A stretch of 60,452 bases of DNA, filler included. It is 3 parts of 3 records of this genome, joined end to end, with 100 filler letters (N's around TTAATTAATTAA, not from the genome) between each part and the next. Parts side by side here need not be neighbours in the genome. Positions count along the whole stretch, not along the records: positions 27,994 to 40,499 come from SRR20825006_1556; positions 40,600 to 60,452 come from SRR20825006_1558; 1 more part is not named here. One strand, given 5' to 3'. Made by a program: the position numbers and the translations under genes. Of the stretch, positions 40,400 through 50,126 are shown piece by piece. The notes under the pieces were generated by a model. The model saw only the letters and a list, made by a program, of their open reading frames with translations. It was not told where the DNA came from and did no database searches. Within the stretch, counting starts at the first letter, position 1. Each line of letters starts with the position of its first letter.

Positions 40400-40423
40400 G
40401 GGCGATGCTTGCGGGCATCGCCC
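40400..40423 (+). other. GC-rich intercistronic hairpin without U-tract
   Basis: GGGCGATGC...GCATCGCCC between ectB and ectC. Confidence 0.6.
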
Positions 40424-40457
40424 TGCCCCACACACCAAATAATTCAAAGAGTTAAAT

Positions 40458-40499
40458 ATGATTGTTCGCACACTGAAAGAATGTGAAGCATCCGGTCGC
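40458..40499 (+). CDS. ectC: ectoine synthase, N-terminal fragment
   Basis: MIVRTLKECEASGR immediately after ectB; truncated by the linker. Confidence 0.85.
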
Positions 40500-40599
40500 N
40501 NNNNNNNNNNNNNNNNNNNNNNNNNNNNNNNNNNNNNNNNNNNTTAATTAATTAANNNNNNNNNNNNNNNNNNNNNNNNNNNNNNNNNNNNNNNNNNNN
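40500..40599. other. artificial contig linker
   Basis: 44 N + TTAATTAATTAA + 44 N. Confidence 0.99.
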
Positions 40600-41724
40600 A
40601 AATCTATCGATGCGATGATTCCTGTAGGTCGTGGTCAGCGTGAGCTTGTAATTGGTGACCGTCAGACAGGTAAGACTACTGTTTGTATTGATACCATTTT
40701 GAATCAAAAAGAATTTTATGATGCTGGAGAGCCTGTTTATTGTATCTACGTTGCTGTAGGTCAAAAGGCTTCTACTGTAGCTGGTATCGCTAGTGTACTT
40801 GAAGAAAAAGGTGCAATGGCTTATACTACAATCGTAGCTGCAAATGCATCAGATCCTGCTCCTATGCAGGTATACGCTCCATTCGCAGGTGCTGCAATTG
40901 GAGAGTATTTCAGAGATACAGGTCGTCCTGCTTTAATCATCTATGATGATTTATCTAAGCAAGCGGTTGCCTATCGTGAGGTTTCACTTTTATTACGTCG
41001 TCCACCGGGTCGTGAGGCGTATCCTGGAGACGTTTTCTTCCTGCACTCTCGTTTATTAGAGCGTGCTGCAAAAGTGATTGCTGATGATGATATCGCAAAG
41101 AACATGAACGATCTTCCTGATAGCTTGAAGCCTATCGTTAAAGGTGGAGGATCATTAACAGCGCTTCCAATTATCGAAACTCAAGCAGGGGACGTTTCAG
41201 CATATATCCCAACAAACGTAATCTCGATTACTGATGGTCAGATCTTCCTTGATGGTGACTTATTCAACTCAGGTGTACGTCCGGCGATTAACGTAGGTAT
41301 TTCAGTATCACGTGTGGGTGGTTCTGCTCAGATCAAGTCGATGAAGAAAGTATCTGGTACGCTTAAGTTAGACCAGGCAGCTTTCCGTGAACTAGAAGCA
41401 TTTGCTAAGTTTGGTTCAGACCTTGATGCAGCTACCTTGAGTGTAATTGAAAAAGGTAAGCGTAATGTTGAGATCTTAAAGCAAGCGGAAAACACACCGT
41501 ATACTGTAGAAGATCAAATCGCGATTATCTACGCAGGTTCTAAAAACCTATTGCGCAATGTGCCTATCGATAAAGTAAAAGAGTTTGAAACAGACTATCT
41601 TGAACTTTTGAATGCTAAGCACAGAGCTACTTTAGATACGCTGAAAGCAGGTAAGCTTACAGATGAGGTGATCGATACCTTGACTACTGTAGCAAATGAC
41701 CTTGCTGCTCGATATAAGAAGTAA
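40600..41724 (+). CDS. atpA: ATP synthase F1 alpha subunit (5'-truncated)
   Basis: [21 protein letters not shown] and [13 protein letters not shown]. Confidence 0.98.
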   Translation, partial: KSIDAMIPVGRGQRELVIGDRQTGKTTVCIDTILNQKEFYDAGEPVYCIYVAVGQKASTVAGIASVLEEKGAMAYTTIVAANASDPAPMQVYAPFAGAAIGEYFRDTGRPALIIYDDLSKQAVAYREVSLLLRRPPGREAYPGDVFFLHSRLLERAAKVIADDDIAKNMNDLPDSLKPIVKGGGSLTALPIIETQAGDVSAYIPTNVISITDGQIFLDGDLFNSGVRPAINVGISVSRVGGSAQIKSMKKVSGTLKLDQAAFRELEAFAKFGSDLDAATLSVIEKGKRNVEILKQAENTPYTVEDQIAIIYAGSKNLLRNVPIDKVKEFETDYLELLNAKHRATLDTLKAGKLTDEVIDTLTTVANDLAARYKK

Positions 41725-41729
41725 TTCTA

Positions 41730-42118
41730 AATTCTGAATGTAGAATTTAGATGGCTTATGTTCCTAGAAATAATGCGATAGTTGATAAATCCTTTCATTT
41801 TGCGTGTGAAATAGTTGTTTACACACAACAATTAAAAGCCAAAGGTTTTTATGAGATTGGATCACAACTTTTAAAATCTGGAACAAGTATTGGTGCTAAT
41901 GTGCGTGAATCGCAACGCGCAGTAAGTACCAAAGATTTTAAGAATAAATTGAGTATAGCTTTAAAAGAAGCAGAAGAAACTCAATATTGGTTGCAAATTA
42001 TTGAACATACTGAAATAGCTGAAGTATCTAAAGCTCTTTCGGAAAACTGTGAGGAATTAATTAGGTTGTTGGTTAGTATAATCAAAAACTCATAATTCTC
42101 AATTCAACATTTTGAATT
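41730..42118. mobile_element. candidate four-helix-bundle gene cassette bounded by imperfect 22-bp inverted repeats
   Basis: 41730-41751 vs 42097-42118 are 18/22 reverse-complementary; interrupts the usual atpA-atpG adjacency. Mobility is inferred. Confidence 0.5.
41751..42095 (+). CDS. four helix bundle protein (23S rRNA IVS protein / Avd-like family)
   Basis: QLLKSGTSIGANVRESQ...DFKNKLSIALKEAEETQYWL. Confidence 0.93.
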   Translation: MAYVPRNNAIVDKSFHFACEIVVYTQQLKAKGFYEIGSQLLKSGTSIGANVRESQRAVSTKDFKNKLSIALKEAEETQYWLQIIEHTEIAEVSKALSENCEELIRLLVSIIKNS

Positions 42119-42124
42119 AAATAA

Positions 42125-43000
42125 ATGGCAAATTTAAAGGAAATACGTAACCGAATTTCATCAGTATCTTCAACGATGCAGATCACAAGCGCTATGAAAA
42201 TGGTGTCGGCTGCTAAGTTGAAGAAGGCTCAAGATGCTATTACAGCAATGCGCCCTTATTCTGATAAATTAACCGAGTTGCTTCAAAATCTTAGCGCTTC
42301 GATGGAAGGAGACAGCGGAAGCCGTTTTGCTGAAGAGCGTCCTGTTGAAAAAGTGCTTGTAATTGCGATCTCTTCAAATAGAGGTCTTGCAGGGGCTTTC
42401 AACTCAAACATCGTAAAAGAAGCTAAGAACATTGCAGATACTGTTTACGCCGGTAAAGAAGTTCACTTCTTAACCATTGGTAAAAAAGCAAATGACATTC
42501 TGAAGAAATCACACACAGTGATTTTTAATGATAGTGAGATCTTTGATGATTTAACGTTTGAGAATGTTGAAGCAATTGCTGAGCGTGCAATGAATTTATT
42601 TACCGAAGGAACTTACGATAAAGTTGAATTGCTTTACAATTTCTTCAAAAATGCCGCTACACAAATTGTTACTCGCGAGCAGTTTTTACCTATTGTTCCT
42701 TTAAAAGAGCAATTTGAAGAGGTAGCTCCGGCAAACACTACAGATTATATCTTTGAGCCTTCTAAAGAAGAGATTGTAAAGCAGCTTATACCTAAAGCTT
42801 TAAAAACACAATTCTTCAAAGGAATAAGAGATTCTGTAGCAAGTGAGCACGGTGCACGTATGACAGCGATGCACAAAGCAACAGATAATGCGACTGAGTT
42901 GAGAGATCAGCTTAAACTAACGTATAACAAAGCGCGTCAGGCTGCAATTACTAACGAGATCCTTGAGATCGTAGGTGGTGCAGAAGCATTAAACAACTAG
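42125..43000 (+). CDS. atpG: ATP synthase F1 gamma subunit
   Basis: QITSAMKMVSAAK, SEHGARMTAM and RQAAITNEILEI. Confidence 0.98.
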   Translation: MANLKEIRNRISSVSSTMQITSAMKMVSAAKLKKAQDAITAMRPYSDKLTELLQNLSASMEGDSGSRFAEERPVEKVLVIAISSNRGLAGAFNSNIVKEAKNIADTVYAGKEVHFLTIGKKANDILKKSHTVIFNDSEIFDDLTFENVEAIAERAMNLFTEGTYDKVELLYNFFKNAATQIVTREQFLPIVPLKEQFEEVAPANTTDYIFEPSKEEIVKQLIPKALKTQFFKGIRDSVASEHGARMTAMHKATDNATELRDQLKLTYNKARQAAITNEILEIVGGAEALNN

Positions 43001-43022
43001 AAATTATTTTATTTCATATCTT

Positions 43023-43052
43023 AAAGCCTTGCAATTGCTGCAAGGCTTTTTT
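43023..43052 (+). terminator. intrinsic terminator
   Basis: AAAGCCTTGCA-attgc-TGCAAGGCTTTTTT. Confidence 0.85.
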
Positions 43053-43177
43053 GTTGGTACAATCGCAGCGCTTAATATCCAGTTATGATGGCTATTGCGA
43101 TGCCCAGAGATAGTTTATCTATTGTATACGACCTAAACAATCCATACGTTAGCTTTGTAAACCCAATCTAAGCACTT

Positions 43178-43600
43178 ATGAAAAACATATTATCAGCTTT
43201 GTTCTTATTTACTTTATTCTCTTGTGGGGGAAGCAACCAACTCGTTAAGAACCCGCCTTTTGAGATTGAAAAAACGACTCGTAAATCTGGGGTTAAGGGC
43301 CTCGAAAACATTCGTTTTGTAGCCAAAAATATTCCCCAAGAGGTAAGCTTTGAATCTTTATATTTTCAGCAGAAAAAATCTAAAGTACTTTGGGAAGATA
43401 CCAATCTGTATTATGCCACTTTCTCGACAGTGCCTGCGAATAGTAAAGACCGCGTATTATCAGTAAATCGTGAAGATGAAGCGAAAAATCCTTTACCGCA
43501 AATTCCGGTTGAAGTGCCTTTTAAAATCAAAGCAAATGAAGCCTTATTAGAATACAAAGTAGGAGATAAGACCTTTTATACCGTTCTGGAGGTTAAATAG
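43178..43600 (+). CDS. hypothetical lipoprotein
   Basis: Lipobox LFSC; TAGCTTTG -7 element at 43150-43157. Confidence 0.75.
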   Translation: MKNILSALFLFTLFSCGGSNQLVKNPPFEIEKTTRKSGVKGLENIRFVAKNIPQEVSFESLYFQQKKSKVLWEDTNLYYATFSTVPANSKDRVLSVNREDEAKNPLPQIPVEVPFKIKANEALLEYKVGDKTFYTVLEVK

Positions 43601-43672
43601 GAGAAAGCGTTGCAGTCTCGGTTTTGGATTGCTTCCGAATAGTTATTTTTAAATGGAAAAAATCGAACTTCT

Positions 43673-45109
43673 TTGAGCGTACTTAAAGGTTTTGTAAAAG
43701 ATACGGCGGTTTATGGGTTGGCCACTATTCTCCCCAGATTGATGAACCTGTTTCTGATCAGTCTGCACACCGATAGTTTGGAAACTTCGGGCTATGCAGA
43801 TAATACAGCCTTTTATGTGGGGGCGGCATTTTTAAATGTCTTGTTGGCTTATGGTATGGAAACGGCCTTCTTCCGTTTTTTTTCTAAAGCCGAAGATGAA
43901 AATAAGGTGTACAGCACGGTGCTGATAGCACTTACTGTAACCTCTTTAATTGCGTTCGCCGTACTGTATGCATTGCGTGAACCCATTTGCGAGGCTTTAG
44001 AGCTTCCTGTTGAATATTTTGGATACTTACTAGGGGTCACCATTTTAGACGCGCTTGTAGTAGCTCCTTTTGCGTATTTGCGAGCAAAAGGTAAAGCGTT
44101 GCGCTTTACAGGCATAAAAATTACCAATCTTGCGATCTATGTTGTGCTCAATATCTTCTTTCTTTGGGCAATTCCAGAATTTAATATGCAGTTTAGTTGG
44201 TACGACCCAACTGCTTTACTCACGTATATTTTTGCGGCCAATTTAGCTGCGAGCGCGGTGACTTTTCTCTTGATCGCGCCTGATTTTTTTAAGATCAAAC
44301 TTGTATTTGATAAGCAGTTATTCGGTCAGTTGTGGCAATATGGTTGGCCGGTACTTGTTGCGGGTTTGGCTTTTGTAGTAAATGAGAATTTAGACAAGCT
44401 TCTAATAGGGAATATGCTCGATAAGGATATCATGGGCGCCTATTCAGGATGTTATAAGTTGGCGGTTTTTATGACCATTTTTATACAGGCATTTCGCTTG
44501 GGAGCAGAACCTTTTTTCTTCAGTCATGCTAAAAACAAAAACGCTCCAACTACCTATGCTACCATTCTAAAATATTTTGTGGTTGTGGGTGCTGCTGGAT
44601 TACTTTTTATCGTGTGCTTTATTGACTTTTTTAAAGCACTTCTCATTAGTGACTCGAGCTATTTTAAAGCCATTGAGATCGTTCCTTATATTCTATTGGC
44701 TAATTTATTTTTAGGAATCTATCACAACTTATCGGTGTGGTATAAACTTACCGATAAAACCCGGTATGGAATGTATTTCTCAATTCTAGGCGCAGCACTT
44801 ACCATTGCGCTCAATTGGTATTTTATACCGCTAATTGGTTTTATGGCTTCGGCATATACGACGGTTGTAGCTTATGGTACGATGATGCTGATTTCGTACT
44901 TTTACGGCCAAAAATATTATCGGATCCCCTACAACGTAAGCAGAATAAGTATGTACCTTATTCTGGCTACCAGTGGAGCTTTGGTCTCCTTTTATTTTTT
45001 CAGATCAAATTATTGGGTGAATAGTATCATATTTCTGGCTTTTGCGGCATTGACGCTCCTGCTGGAACAAAAAGAATTAAAAGCCATTTTAGGGCGAAAT
45101 AAAAAATAG
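43673..45109 (+). CDS. oligosaccharide flippase (MOP superfamily)
   Basis: Many TM segments; DTAVYGL, YGMETAFFRF and EPFFF; TTG start. Confidence 0.88.
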   Translation: MSVLKGFVKDTAVYGLATILPRLMNLFLISLHTDSLETSGYADNTAFYVGAAFLNVLLAYGMETAFFRFFSKAEDENKVYSTVLIALTVTSLIAFAVLYALREPICEALELPVEYFGYLLGVTILDALVVAPFAYLRAKGKALRFTGIKITNLAIYVVLNIFFLWAIPEFNMQFSWYDPTALLTYIFAANLAASAVTFLLIAPDFFKIKLVFDKQLFGQLWQYGWPVLVAGLAFVVNENLDKLLIGNMLDKDIMGAYSGCYKLAVFMTIFIQAFRLGAEPFFFSHAKNKNAPTTYATILKYFVVVGAAGLLFIVCFIDFFKALLISDSSYFKAIEIVPYILLANLFLGIYHNLSVWYKLTDKTRYGMYFSILGAALTIALNWYFIPLIGFMASAYTTVVAYGTMMLISYFYGQKYYRIPYNVSRISMYLILATSGALVSFYFFRSNYWVNSIIFLAFAALTLLLEQKELKAILGRNKK

Positions 45110-45141
45110 AAATTCCACAGCGTGGAACTTAAAAGCACATT

Positions 45142-45576
45142 ATGCAAATAAACATTATCAATACATCTAATCACGCATTACCGCATTACGAAACCGAAGC
45201 TTCTGCAGGAATGGATCTTCGCGCAGCGCTTGATGCACCGGTGACCTTAAAACCTTTAGAACGCGCGATCATCAAAACAGGTTTGTTCATTGAACTCCCT
45301 GTGGGTATCGAGGCCCAGGTGCGCCCTAGAAGTGGTCTGGCAGCAAAAAAAGGAATTACCGTACTCAACGCTCCGGGAACCATTGATGCAGATTATCGTG
45401 GGGAAATCGGCGTGATACTAGTCAACCTATCTAACGAAGATTTTACGATCGAAAATGGCGAGCGCATTGCCCAACTAGTCATCGCAAAGCACGAGCGTGC
45501 TGATTGGAATGAAGTTGAAGTTTTAAGTGAAACAGCTCGCGGCGCTGGAGGTTTCGGAAGTACCGGAACCAAATAA
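45142..45576 (+). CDS. dut: dUTP diphosphatase
   Basis: [22 protein letters not shown] and [10 protein letters not shown]. Confidence 0.98.
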   Translation: MQINIINTSNHALPHYETEASAGMDLRAALDAPVTLKPLERAIIKTGLFIELPVGIEAQVRPRSGLAAKKGITVLNAPGTIDADYRGEIGVILVNLSNEDFTIENGERIAQLVIAKHERADWNEVEVLSETARGAGGFGSTGTK

Positions 45577-45669
45577 TGAGCTAATGATTTAAGAGGCCTT
45601 CACCAAAAACACGCCTTTTAAATTTTAATAACGGTTCTTTTTGCAGAGAACAACCAGAAATTTAAACGT

Positions 45670-46680
45670 ATGAAAATCATAGTCCCTATGGCAGGTCGTG
45701 GATCACGACTACGGCCGCATACCTTAACCATTCCAAAACCGTTAATCCCTATTGCGGGCAAACCTATTGTGCAACGTTTGGTAGAAGATATCGCAAGCGT
45801 TCTGGATGAGAAAATCGAAGAAGTAGCGTATGTGATCGCAGAGGATTTTGGTAAAGAAACCGAAGAAAACCTCAAACAAATCGCACAAAATTTAGGCGCA
45901 AAAGGAAGCATTTATTATCAAGATAAACCCTTAGGAACCGGGCACGCCATTATGTGCGCGCAACAATCTTTGAGCGGCCCGTGTGTAATTGCTTATGCAG
46001 ATACACTCTTTAGAGCAGATTTTACGTTAGATAAAGAAGCAGACAGTGTGATCTGGGTAAAACAGGTTAAAAATCCTGAAGCCTATGGCGTGGTTTCGCT
46101 AAATGAAAACAATGAAATCGAAGGTCTGGTAGAAAAACCCAAGGATTTTGTTTCAGATCTTGCGGTTATAGGCATTTACTATTTTAAAGATGGAGCGGTG
46201 CTCAAAGGCGAATTGCAGGCGGTTTTAGATGCTAAATTGATGCACGGTGGCGAGTATCAGATTAACGACGGGATCAAGCAAATGCAGGCGAAAGGTTACA
46301 CGTTTAAACCCGGAAAAATCGATGAGTGGATGGACTGTGGCAATAAAAACGTAACTGTAGAGACCAACGGAAGAATGCTTCAGTTTTTGCACAAAGAAGG
46401 TGCGTACCTAGTTGCTTCTTCAGCTCAACTAGAGAATGCATCGGTGATTCCGCCATGTTATATTGGTGAAAATGCGGTGATAAAAGATGCTACCATTGGC
46501 CCAAATGTCTCTGTAGGTGAGGGCACGGTTATTAAAAACAGCACCATTGAAGAAAGTTTGATTCAGAATTATAGCCAGGTTACTAATGCGCAGTTAAAAA
46601 ATGCTATGATTGGTAATTATGCTAAATTCGATGGTAACTTTACGGCAATCAGTATAGGAGACTATTCTGAGTTGGTTTAA
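45670..46680 (+). CDS. sugar-phosphate nucleotidyltransferase with C-terminal hexapeptide repeats
   Basis: MAGRGSRLRP...PKPL, PLGTGHA, VEKP and WMDCG. Confidence 0.92.
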   Translation: MKIIVPMAGRGSRLRPHTLTIPKPLIPIAGKPIVQRLVEDIASVLDEKIEEVAYVIAEDFGKETEENLKQIAQNLGAKGSIYYQDKPLGTGHAIMCAQQSLSGPCVIAYADTLFRADFTLDKEADSVIWVKQVKNPEAYGVVSLNENNEIEGLVEKPKDFVSDLAVIGIYYFKDGAVLKGELQAVLDAKLMHGGEYQINDGIKQMQAKGYTFKPGKIDEWMDCGNKNVTVETNGRMLQFLHKEGAYLVASSAQLENASVIPPCYIGENAVIKDATIGPNVSVGEGTVIKNSTIEESLIQNYSQVTNAQLKNAMIGNYAKFDGNFTAISIGDYSELV

Positions 46681-46689
46681 AAGTTTAAA

Positions 46690-48036
46690 ATGAAAAGATT
46701 CGCGTTTTTAGGAATGTTGCTTTTGTTTTCGCCTTTGGCGGAAGCCCAAGAGCCTACACCTTTGCAAGACGTGAATGTAGATCAGTTGGAAGATGTTACA
46801 GACGCTTTTCAAGAATCTTTTTTTGAAGCGCTGAAGCAAAAAGGAATCGAGAACTATGATCGCGCGATCGTAGCATTAGATAAATGCATCGCATTACGGC
46901 CGCAAGAGTCTATTTTATATTTTGAAAAAGGTAAAAATGAGGCGGCTTTGGGCAACACTCAAGAAGCCGAAAACAATTACCTGAAAGCACTTCAGCTTAA
47001 ACCCAATCAGCGCGATATAATGGAGGCTTTATACGAAGTGTACTATGCGCGTCAGGATTTTGATCAAGCAATAGATCTCGTACAAGACCTGGCTAAGTTT
47101 GACATTAAGTATAAAGAAGATCTAGCGCGTATTTATGTGCGTAAGGGAGCCTTTAAAGAAGCCTTAGACGTTTTAGATGAGCTGGATGAAGCGTTGGGTA
47201 AAGATGCTTATCGCAATCAGATCAGAGAACAGGCTATGGCATTGAGCGGAGGGGATTTTAAAGAAAAAATGCTTCTAGACGCGATTGCTCAAAATCCGCA
47301 AAACGAAAAAAATTACCTGAATCTTATTTATATCTATAGTGAACAAGGTAAAACACAACAGGCTTATGCTACTGCACAAAAGTTACTTAAAGTAAACCCA
47401 AAGGCAGATGAAGTGCATTTGGCGCTGTACAAATTTCATTTAGAACAGAATGATGTAGCGCGCGCTTTTCAATCTTTAGAACGCGTGATGAAAAGTTCAA
47501 AAGTTGAAGCCAAAGCAAAACATAGCGTCCTTAATGATTTTTTAATCTTTGTAGATCGCAATCCGGAGTTTGAACCAGAATTAGAACAAGCGATCGCTTT
47601 ATTTTCTGAGGAAGAGGCGACTGATGTTAATGAAGAATTAGGAGCTTATTATCTAAAGAATAATGATAAAACAAAGGCGTTAGCTTATTATGAGGCTGCT
47701 TATAAAAAAAATCCTGACGATGTAAATGTGCTGCGTAATTTGGTACTCTTGCAATTACAGGCACAGCAGTTTGAGAATGCTGCTGCGTTAAGTGAAGAAG
47801 CGCTGGCATTTTATCCGGCGCAGGCGGTATTTTATTTAGTTTATGGGGTAGCGCAAAACGCTTTAGGAAAAGCGCAGAACGCGGTAGATTATTTAGAGAT
47901 GGGGATTGATTATGTAATTGAAAATCCTAAAATGCAAGCCGATTTTTATAGCGAACTTGCGCGCGCTTACGAAACGCTGGGAAATGCCGAAAAGGCAGCA
48001 GCGTATCGCAAGCGATTAACAAATTTGACACAATAG
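46690..48036 (+). CDS. exported TPR protein
   Basis: Signal peptide followed by multiple TPR units. Confidence 0.88.
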   Translation: MKRFAFLGMLLLFSPLAEAQEPTPLQDVNVDQLEDVTDAFQESFFEALKQKGIENYDRAIVALDKCIALRPQESILYFEKGKNEAALGNTQEAENNYLKALQLKPNQRDIMEALYEVYYARQDFDQAIDLVQDLAKFDIKYKEDLARIYVRKGAFKEALDVLDELDEALGKDAYRNQIREQAMALSGGDFKEKMLLDAIAQNPQNEKNYLNLIYIYSEQGKTQQAYATAQKLLKVNPKADEVHLALYKFHLEQNDVARAFQSLERVMKSSKVEAKAKHSVLNDFLIFVDRNPEFEPELEQAIALFSEEEATDVNEELGAYYLKNNDKTKALAYYEAAYKKNPDDVNVLRNLVLLQLQAQQFENAAALSEEALAFYPAQAVFYLVYGVAQNALGKAQNAVDYLEMGIDYVIENPKMQADFYSELARAYETLGNAEKAAAYRKRLTNLTQ

Positions 48037-48037
48037 T

Positions 48038-48805
48038 ATGCAATTGATATATCGAGGAATTTTAGTGCTAACGCTTATAGGTCTTGTGGGATGTAAGGCG
48101 ACCAAAAATGCAGCATCTACAGAAGATTTAGCTTCGGCAAAAATCATCAAAGCGCATTATGACACGCACCCTGAATTTGAGACGTTGGCAGCACGGCTTA
48201 AAATTCGTTACTCAGATCCTGAGACCACACAAAACGTAACGGTAAGTCTAAGAATGAAACAAGGAGAAACCATCTGGATGAGTGCTTCGGTGTTAGGAAT
48301 TTCTTTAGCGAAAGCAATGATCACTAAAGACCGCGTTCAATTCTACGAGAAAATTGACGGAACTTACTTTGACGGCGACTTTGAATTATTAAGTGATTTA
48401 CTAGGCACAGAGCTAGATTATGACCAAGTGGAAGCTTTACTGCTGGGGCAACCTATTTACGATTTAAGAAGTGGGGGCTTTAGCGCCGGCGCAACCTCCT
48501 CGCGCTATTTGGTAGCACCGCGCAAGCAATCTGCCTTGTTTGATCTGTTTTTCTTTCTTAACAGCGGGGCGTTTACGCTGCAAGAACAGCGACTGGCGCA
48601 GCGGGAAGCTCAGCGCGACCTCACTATTTCCTACGGAGATTATATCGAGGAGCAACAAGGCTTTTTTCCTTCAGAAATCCACGTGAAAGCACAAGAGGCA
48701 GAAAAAACCACAACTATTGACATCACATACCGCGGTTTAGATTTTAATTCTGAAGTGAGTTTTCCGTTTAATATTCCCGGTGGTTTAAAAGAAATCCAAC
48801 TTTAA
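48038..48805 (+). CDS. DUF4292 family lipoprotein
   Basis: Lipobox LVGC; IWMS...YFDGDF...FPFNIP; lies upstream of the envC-like gene. Confidence 0.8.
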   Translation: MQLIYRGILVLTLIGLVGCKATKNAASTEDLASAKIIKAHYDTHPEFETLAARLKIRYSDPETTQNVTVSLRMKQGETIWMSASVLGISLAKAMITKDRVQFYEKIDGTYFDGDFELLSDLLGTELDYDQVEALLLGQPIYDLRSGGFSAGATSSRYLVAPRKQSALFDLFFFLNSGAFTLQEQRLAQREAQRDLTISYGDYIEEQQGFFPSEIHVKAQEAEKTTTIDITYRGLDFNSEVSFPFNIPGGLKEIQL

Positions 48806-50058
48806 TGCAGTTGAAGCTGAAATTGAAATACACCCTATTTTTTGGACTTTTGCTAAGTTCGTTACTCGCTGTTGCCCAAAATGACAAACAAGCTGAGCTG
48901 GAGCGCCAGCGTCGCGCGCTGATGAGTCAGATTGAAGAGTTGAGCAAGTTGCGACAAAGCAATAAGAAGAAGGAAATCAACGTGCTGAGCCAGGTTGAAG
49001 ATTTAGCTTCAAAAATAAAAACCCGGGAAAACCTCATAAGGGTAACCAACAGTCAGGCGAATTTGCTCACCCAAAAGATCAATCAAAACATCAATAAAAT
49101 CAGTGAGCTGAGAGCCGAATTATCAAAGCTTAAAGAAGATTACGCGGCGATGGTGCAAAAGTCCTACAAGAGTAAAAGCAGTCAGAGCCGTATTATGTTT
49201 TTGCTGTCTTCAGAGAGTTTTTTACAAGCCTATAAGCGGGTGCAGTATATGAAGCAATACAGCAATTACCGCAAAAAACAAGGCGATCAGATTAAAGAGC
49301 GTACGACACTTTTACAAGAAACAAATACCAAGCTCATAGATCAAAAAGAAGAAAAACAGCAATTGATCGCTCAAAACAAAAGAGAGCAAGAAAAGCTTGA
49401 AGATGAGAAAAAACAGCAAGATGCGTTGATCGCGACCATACGTGAGAAAGAATCTTCTTATGCTGCTCAGATCAATAAAAAACAAGCCGAAGCCAATCGC
49501 ATTGACCGGGAGATAGACCGATTGATTCGGGAAGCGATCGCTGCTTCTAAAAAGGAAAGTGGCGCTACCACTACTTCTGAAACAGAGATCAAAAAGGGAG
49601 CGATGCCTACTTTTGCGTTGACTCCGGCGGCAAAAGCACTTGCTAATGATTTTGCCTCTAATAAAGGGAGAATGGACTGGCCTGTGGAACGAGGCAGGGT
49701 ATATAAAAAATTCGGAACCTCAAAGCATCCTACGCTTCCTAATATTACCACATACAATAGTGGTGTCGAGATTGAGACTGCACCCGGTAGTGTTGCGCGT
49801 GCAGCATTTAAAGGCACTGTACAACAAGTGCAGTTAATACGAGGCGGCGGCTATACGATACTCATTCGTCACGGTAATTACCTCACGGTGTATCAAAATT
49901 TAAAAAACCTTAAGGTTAAGGTGAACGATCAAGTTTCAACAAAACAAGCCTTAGGAGAAATTGCCGAGAACTCATTCAACGGAAAAACCATTTTGAAATT
50001 TCTAGTCTATAAAGATTCAGAGCGCTTGAATCCTGAAGACTGGATTTACAATATGTAG
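48805..50058 (+). CDS. envC: murein hydrolase activator EnvC family
   Basis: Long coiled coil plus degenerate M23 domain (KGRMDWPV, IRHGNYLTVYQNL). Confidence 0.88.
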   Translation: MQLKLKLKYTLFFGLLLSSLLAVAQNDKQAELERQRRALMSQIEELSKLRQSNKKKEINVLSQVEDLASKIKTRENLIRVTNSQANLLTQKINQNINKISELRAELSKLKEDYAAMVQKSYKSKSSQSRIMFLLSSESFLQAYKRVQYMKQYSNYRKKQGDQIKERTTLLQETNTKLIDQKEEKQQLIAQNKREQEKLEDEKKQQDALIATIREKESSYAAQINKKQAEANRIDREIDRLIREAIAASKKESGATTTSETEIKKGAMPTFALTPAAKALANDFASNKGRMDWPVERGRVYKKFGTSKHPTLPNITTYNSGVEIETAPGSVARAAFKGTVQQVQLIRGGGYTILIRHGNYLTVYQNLKNLKVKVNDQVSTKQALGEIAENSFNGKTILKFLVYKDSERLNPEDWIYNM

Positions 50059-50126
50059 TAGAGTATAGCTCGTAAAATCAGATTGTTGTATTTTAGAAGT
50101 GCACAAATTCTTCAAACTGATTTTAT

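Noticed and set aside
27994-40499. Horizontally acquired ectoine/citrate island in a flavobacterium
   Set aside because: Bounded by artificial linkers, with truncated genes and no integrase; it is a separate contig
40552-40764. 70-aa ORF running into the N-run
   Set aside because: Antisense to atpA and ended by the linker; an artefact
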